Source: Janthinobacterium lividum
GTDB taxonomy: Bacteria > Bacteroidota > Bacteroidia > Cytophagales > Hymenobacteraceae
Assembly (NCBI GenBank): GCA_050954845.1
Contig: JBPBQK010000039.1
Span: 37,783-101,782, forward strand
Direction: 5' to 3'
DNA length: 64,000 bases
The notes under the pieces were generated by a model. The model did not search any database. It was given only the letters and a program-made list of their open reading frames with translations, and had not been told where the DNA came from. Position numbers and translations under genes: made by a program. Below are positions 59,239 through 64,000 of this stretch, one piece after another; position 1 is the stretch's first letter, and each line of letters opens with the position of its first letter.

Positions 59239-59727
59239 ATGTTTAAGCAGCCCGACAAAGCCCCCAAATCGTATACCCCCCTAGAGGCCGTGCCCAAGAT
59301 AGCCGCCTACTGCGCCTACCAGGAGCGCACTCACAAGGAGGTGGCCGAAAAGCTGCGCAGCTATGGCCTCGACGAGGACGAAGCTGGCGAAATCATTATT
59401 CGGCTGGGCCGCGAAAAGCTGCTTGATGAGGAGCGCTATGCCCAGGCCTACGCCCGTGGCAAGCACCGCACCAACGGCTGGGGCCGTCGCCGCATTCGGA
59501 TGGAAATGAAGGCTAAGGGCCTGAGCGAATTCTGCATCAAAAGTGGCCTTAAGGAGCTGGATGGCGATGAGTATTACGACAAGCTAAAGCAGCTGCTTGG
59601 CCAGCGCGATGCCCGCGAAAAGGAAAGCCACCCGCAAAAGCGCAAGCTAAAGCTCATGGCCTACCTCACGCAAAAAGGCTACGAGTCGGACCTAATACAG
59701 GAAGCCCTGAACGAGCTGAATGCCTAA
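59239..59727 (+). CDS. recX: regulatory protein RecX
   Basis: YCAYQER...EV..KL, LDEERYA, WGRRRI, YLTQKGYE. Confidence 0.92.
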   Translation: MFKQPDKAPKSYTPLEAVPKIAAYCAYQERTHKEVAEKLRSYGLDEDEAGEIIIRLGREKLLDEERYAQAYARGKHRTNGWGRRRIRMEMKAKGLSEFCIKSGLKELDGDEYYDKLKQLLGQRDAREKESHPQKRKLKLMAYLTQKGYESDLIQEALNELNA

Positions 59728-59770
59728 GCTTCTAGCTCGGATAGGGTTGAAAGTATAGGTAATAGTAGCA

Positions 59771-59846
59771 CACAACGAAGCAGCTCGCGTGGCGCAGTAA
59801 TTTCTTACACCAAGATTTACTGCACCACGCGAGCTGCTTCGTTGTG
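59771..59846. repeat. REP-like hairpin (30-bp arms)
   Basis: Arms 59771-59800 and 59817-59846 have one mismatch (G-U on the minus strand). Confidence 0.85.
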
Positions 59847-60382
59847 CGCTGCACGGCCACCCAAGCGGGATAGGTACTAAGCCCAGCCCGGCACCCGCTA
59901 TGGCAGGCAGCGGGGTGGCAGGAAAAGCATGCCTTCTTAAGCCAGCAGCAAGCCGCATCCGCCAAAGCTCGACATCCATCGGACGGCAAAAAAAGGGTTG
60001 CATCCGCTGCTTTTCTACATGCGCTCTTCATCTTGGGGTGTTGGATTTTTGCTCGGTGGAGTAGGGGGCATCCTGTGCCCGGAATGCATCACAAGTATTG
60101 TCTATTTAATCTATGATTTATGTTATAAAGCATATAATCTGGATTATTGCCAGCCTAAATTTGCCCGCCTTCATTTAGCAGCTGTTTGATTTTTGATGTA
60201 TTGTATAATGCTGATGGAGAAGCGTTTGTTTATCGAGTGCCGGGCTTTTGTAGTTAAGCTTTGACTGCTGGCGCGTTAATGAGTCTTTCATTTTTCAGGT
60301 AGTTGGTAGGTAAGATTGTGCGTTGCTCTGCCTAACTTGCTTTTAGTTTATACCCTTCATTTTCACATTTCCTCCTTCTCTA

Positions 60383-63300
60383 ATGCCAAATTTCTACTCT
60401 ACTCTGCGGCGTTTCGCTATGACGGCGTTGCTGAGCGGTGGCGGGTTACTGGCCGCTCAGGCCCAAAATCTGAGCCAGCCATTGACCGGGGCCGCTACTG
60501 CGGCGGGGACCTATACCGACCTGGGCACAACGGGCACAGTTATTAGCACGGCCAACCTGGACGATGCCAACTCGGCCGCCCAGGATATTGGCTTTCCGTT
60601 TAGCTTCAACGGCACGATTTTTACGCAGTTTGTTCTCAACACCAATGGGTTGATTCGTATGGGTAGCGCGGCCCCCTCCACGGCAGCGCTGCACATAGAT
60701 GGCACCGGCACGGACCCGCTCCAGAGCCTGCTCGCGGCCGATGTGAATCTCATCATGCCGTTCAACCTCGACCTGGTGTCGGGCACGGGCGGGGCCGAGT
60801 ACCGCGTGACCACCACCGGCACGGCCGGCAGCCGCATCTGTACCATTCAGTGGAAAAACGTGGCTGACAAAGCGTACTCGGGCAACCCCCAGCAGTACAG
60901 CAGCTTCAGCTTTCAGGTAAGGCTGTATGAGGGCCCCGGCACCATCGAGTTTGTGTACAATGCCCCTACCGTGAGCACCGCCGCGGCCACCTCGCGCTTT
61001 AGCAACGTGGGCCTGAAAGGCTCGGGCATCGGTAGCGGCCAGGTACTGGTGGCTGCCAAAACCAGCACCACTGCTTGGAGCGCCACCACTTTCCAGAACA
61101 CGCCTTACGGGTCTATTAGCACCCACGACATCGACAACTCTACGAATCCTACGGCTGGCCGCCTCTATCGCTTCACCGACCCTACTTATTGCGTGTCGCT
61201 GCCCGTTTCGGCCTATCCTTATACCCAGAACTTTGATGGCGTAACGGCCCCAGCCCTGCCCTGCGGTATCTCGGTGGTTGATGCCAACAGCGACAGCAAC
61301 ACCTGGACCAACTTCAACAGCGCTACTTACGCGTCGTCGACGCCTAACTCGATGCGCTACTCGGGCAACACCAACCAGGCCAACGATTGGTTTTTTACCA
61401 ACCCGCTGACCATGACGGCGGGCCAGAGCTACCAGCTGCAGTTTAAGTACCGCTCGTACTCGGCAACCTACACCCAGGCGCTGGAAGTGAAAGTGGGCAC
61501 GGCGGCCACCGTGGCCGGCCAGACCACTACGGTCTTCACCAACTCGGCCTTCAACAACGCAACCTATAACACGACCAGCACCAGCCAGGTAGTGCTCTTT
61601 ACGCCCACCACCACGGGTACTTACTATTTCGGCTTCCACGCCATCAGCAACGCCAGCCAGCTGTACCTCAACGTCGATGACGTGAAGGTAGACCAAGTTG
61701 CTACCCCGGCTTGCCCGCAGCCCATAAACCTAGCCGCAACCAACGTTACGGCCACGGGCGCTACGGTCACGTTTACGCCCCCCATCGGCGGCACTACCTA
61801 TACGGTGGTTTACGGAGCCTCGGGCTTTAACCCGACCACGGGTGGCACTACCACCACGGCCTCGGCCTCGACCAGCATCACGCTGAGCGGCCTGAATTCG
61901 AACTCTCCCTACGATGTGTACGTGCAGGCCACTTGCGGCAGCAGCGGCACCAGCATTCTCACCGGCCCGATAAGCTTCCGCACGGCTTGCGCCACGGTTA
62001 CTTCTTATCCTTACCTGGAGAACTTTGATGGCGTGACGGCCCCGGCCCTGCCTTGCGGCGTGACGGTAATCAACGCGAACAATGATACCAAGACGTGGGT
62101 AAACACGGCTAACGCGACTTACGCCGCCTCGGGTACCAACGCGATGACGTATACCTATAACCTCACTGGGCCTGCTGATGATTGGTTTTTCACCAACGCT
62201 CTGCAAATGACAGCGGGCAAGAGCTACCAGCTTCAGTTTAAATACCGTGTGTACTTGGCTTCGTATCCCGAAGCCATGGAAGTGAAAGTGGGTACGTCTA
62301 ACACCGTAGCAGGCCAGACGACCACCTTGTTCACAAACAACAACCTGATTAACGTTACCTACGCTACCACTACTGCTGGTAGCATCCCTGGCCAGGTAAT
62401 GCTGTTTACCCCCACTACTACCGGGGTGTACTACTTCGGTTTTCACGCAACCAGCCTCACCAACCAGTATAACCTCTACGTGGACGACCTGCGGGTGGAT
62501 GAGACGAATGCCCCAGCTTGCCCACAGCCAATAAACTTGGCCATAGGCGGCATTACGCCCACGACTGCTACCGTAACGTTTACGCCGCCTACCAACGGCA
62601 CGCAGTATACGGTTATCTACGGGTCCCCGGGCTTCAACCCGGCTACGGGCGGCACCACTACGCCGCCCTCGACCTCTACCAGCATCACGCTGACCGGCCT
62701 GACCTCGAATACCAACTACGATGTGTACGTGCAGGCTACTTGCGGCACCAACGGCGCGAGCGTGCTTACCGGCCCCGTTAGCTTCACCTCGGCTTGCGCT
62801 ACTACGACGACCTTCCCATACACCGAAAACTTTGACGGAGTAGTTGCGCCCATCTTGCCATGCGGCATTACCGTGCTCGATACCAACGGCGACAGCAAGC
62901 GGTGGGAAAACTACAGCAGCACCACCTACGCCGCCTCGGGCAGCAACTCGATGCGCTACAACTACAGCACTAGCGTAGCCGCCGATGACTGGTTCTTCAC
63001 CAACGCCATGAGCATGCAAGCCGGCAACACCTACCAGCTGCAGTTCAAGTACCGCTCCTACATCTCGGGCTATACCCAAGGCCTGGAAGTGAAAGTGGGC
63101 ACGGCCAACACCGCCGCCGGCCAGACGACTACGGTATTCTCTAGCAGCAACATCACCAACACTACCTACGTAACTACTGCCGCTGGCACCGGGGCCGGGC
63201 AGGTAACCAGCTTCACGCCGACCAGCACCGGGGTCTACTACTTCGGCTTCCACGCCAACAGCGCGGCCAGCCAGTACTACCTCTACGTCGACGATGTGCA

Positions 63301-64000
63301 AGTAACGCTGACCAGCCTAGGCGCTTGCCCCACGCCCTCGGGCCTGGCCGTAAGCGGTATCACGGCTAACACGGCCACGGTAACCTTCAACGCCGTAGCC
63401 GGCACGAGCTACCGCGCCATCTACGGGGCGCGCAACTTCAACCCGAACACCGGCGGCACGGCCTCGGCTCCGGTTACGACCGGCTCGGTGACGTTGACGA
63501 CCCTGACGCCCATCACGAACTACGACGTGTACATTCAGGCCACCTGCGGTACCAACGGCAACAGCCTGGTATCGGGCCCGATTAACTTCACCACGGCTTG
63601 CGCCACCACGATTGTCTTCCCTTACCAGGAAGCATTTGACGGGGTAACGGCCCCGGCCCTGCCCTGCGGCATCACAACCCTCGATGTCAACAACGACGGT
63701 AGCACCTGGGTCAATGACACCGACAACCCCAGCTCGGGCCGCAACTCGATGCGCTACCTGCCCAGCTCGGCTAATGCCGCCGACGACTGGTTCTTCACCA
63801 ACGCCATGAACCTCAAGGCAAACATGAAGTACCAGCTGCAGTTCAAGTACCGCGTGTTCTCGTATAACTACCCCGAGAAGATGGAGGTTAAAATTGGCAC
63901 CAGCACCACGGCCGCCAGCCAGACCACCACGCTGTTCTCAAACATGGCCATCCTGAACGGGGCGTACACCACGACCTCGCCCGGCACGCAAACCGGTAAC
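60383..64000 (+). CDS. large secreted modular surface protein (cleaved-adhesin/choice-of-anchor-J-like + FN3 tandem modules), 3' end beyond the window
   Basis: ATG 60383 and signal peptide MPNFYSTLRRFAMTALLSGGGLLAAQA. Frame checked at several points and reads through to 64000. Modules start near 61214, 62006, 62813 and 63617. Confidence 0.9.
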   Translation, partial: MPNFYSTLRRFAMTALLSGGGLLAAQAQNLSQPLTGAATAAGTYTDLGTTGTVISTANLDDANSAAQDIGFPFSFNGTIFTQFVLNTNGLIRMGSAAPSTAALHIDGTGTDPLQSLLAADVNLIMPFNLDLVSGTGGAEYRVTTTGTAGSRICTIQWKNVADKAYSGNPQQYSSFSFQVRLYEGPGTIEFVYNAPTVSTAAATSRFSNVGLKGSGIGSGQVLVAAKTSTTAWSATTFQNTPYGSISTHDIDNSTNPTAGRLYRFTDPTYCVSLPVSAYPYTQNFDGVTAPALPCGISVVDANSDSNTWTNFNSATYASSTPNSMRYSGNTNQANDWFFTNPLTMTAGQSYQLQFKYRSYSATYTQALEVKVGTAATVAGQTTTVFTNSAFNNATYNTTSTSQVVLFTPTTTGTYYFGFHAISNASQLYLNVDDVKVDQVATPACPQPINLAATNVTATGATVTFTPPIGGTTYTVVYGASGFNPTTGGTTTTASASTSITLSGLNSNSPYDVYVQATCGSSGTSILTGPISFRTACATVTSYPYLENFDGVTAPALPCGVTVINANNDTKTWVNTANATYAASGTNAMTYTYNLTGPADDWFFTNALQMTAGKSYQLQFKYRVYLASYPEAMEVKVGTSNTVAGQTTTLFTNNNLINVTYATTTAGSIPGQVMLFTPTTTGVYYFGFHATSLTNQYNLYVDDLRVDETNAPACPQPINLAIGGITPTTATVTFTPPTNGTQYTVIYGSPGFNPATGGTTTPPSTSTSITLTGLTSNTNYDVYVQATCGTNGASVLTGPVSFTSACATTTTFPYTENFDGVVAPILPCGITVLDTNGDSKRWENYSSTTYAASGSNSMRYNYSTSVAADDWFFTNAMSMQAGNTYQLQFKYRSYISGYTQGLEVKVGTANTAAGQTTTVFSSSNITNTTYVTTAAGTGAGQVTSFTPTSTGVYYFGFHANSAASQYYLYVDDVQVTLTSLGACPTPSGLAVSGITANTATVTFNAVAGTSYRAIYGARNFNPNTGGTASAPVTTGSVTLTTLTPITNYDVYIQATCGTNGNSLVSGPINFTTACATTIVFPYQEAFDGVTAPALPCGITTLDVNNDGSTWVNDTDNPSSGRNSMRYLPSSANAADDWFFTNAMNLKANMKYQLQFKYRVFSYNYPEKMEVKIGTSTTAASQTTTLFSNMAILNGAYTTTSPGTQTGN

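Noticed and set aside
60446-63301. Long minus-strand ORFs 60446..61696 and 61730..63301
   Set aside because: Antisense shadows of the plus-strand modular protein starting at 60383, which the track omits because it has no stop in the window.

Overview
High-GC Bacteroidota DNA, most consistent with Hymenobacter/Cytophagales. This is inferred from gene content: fused secDF, type B L31, GWxTD, DUF5686, BatD-like, and TAnnTTTG promoters. Most of the window is housekeeping: ruvB, queG, aroC, secDF, udk, rdgB, rpmE, holB, hemC, recQ, rlmB, recX, and a KpsF/GT2/mannose-1-P guanylyltransferase block. I saw no rRNA, tRNA, CRISPR array, integrase or transposase. The best candidate for an undescribed system is at 32.2-38.3 kb. 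An 83-aa secreted precursor carries four exact copies of IGGSGWDHD and sits 59 bp upstream of an Opp/Dpp-type binding protein and two permeases. It is transcribed divergently from a 502-aa soluble protein with a putative N-terminal HTH and TPR-like helices. Together these resemble an RRNPP-like export/re-import peptide signalling circuit, outside the Gram-positive lineages where such circuits are known. The second candidate is a small exported ORF ending in QAP-stop upstream of secDF, with an inverted repeat that could mask the secDF initiation region (putative translation-arrest leader). Other points of interest: a duplicated pair of ferritin-like operons with twin-arginine motifs, a cytochrome c/YceI/beta-barrel operon, a PorE-like protein with a degenerate OmpA domain, a modular adhesin of more than 1200 aa that is missing from the ORF track, and several REP/MITE-like palindrome families. 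All annotations come from motif recognition by eye; no database searches were run.
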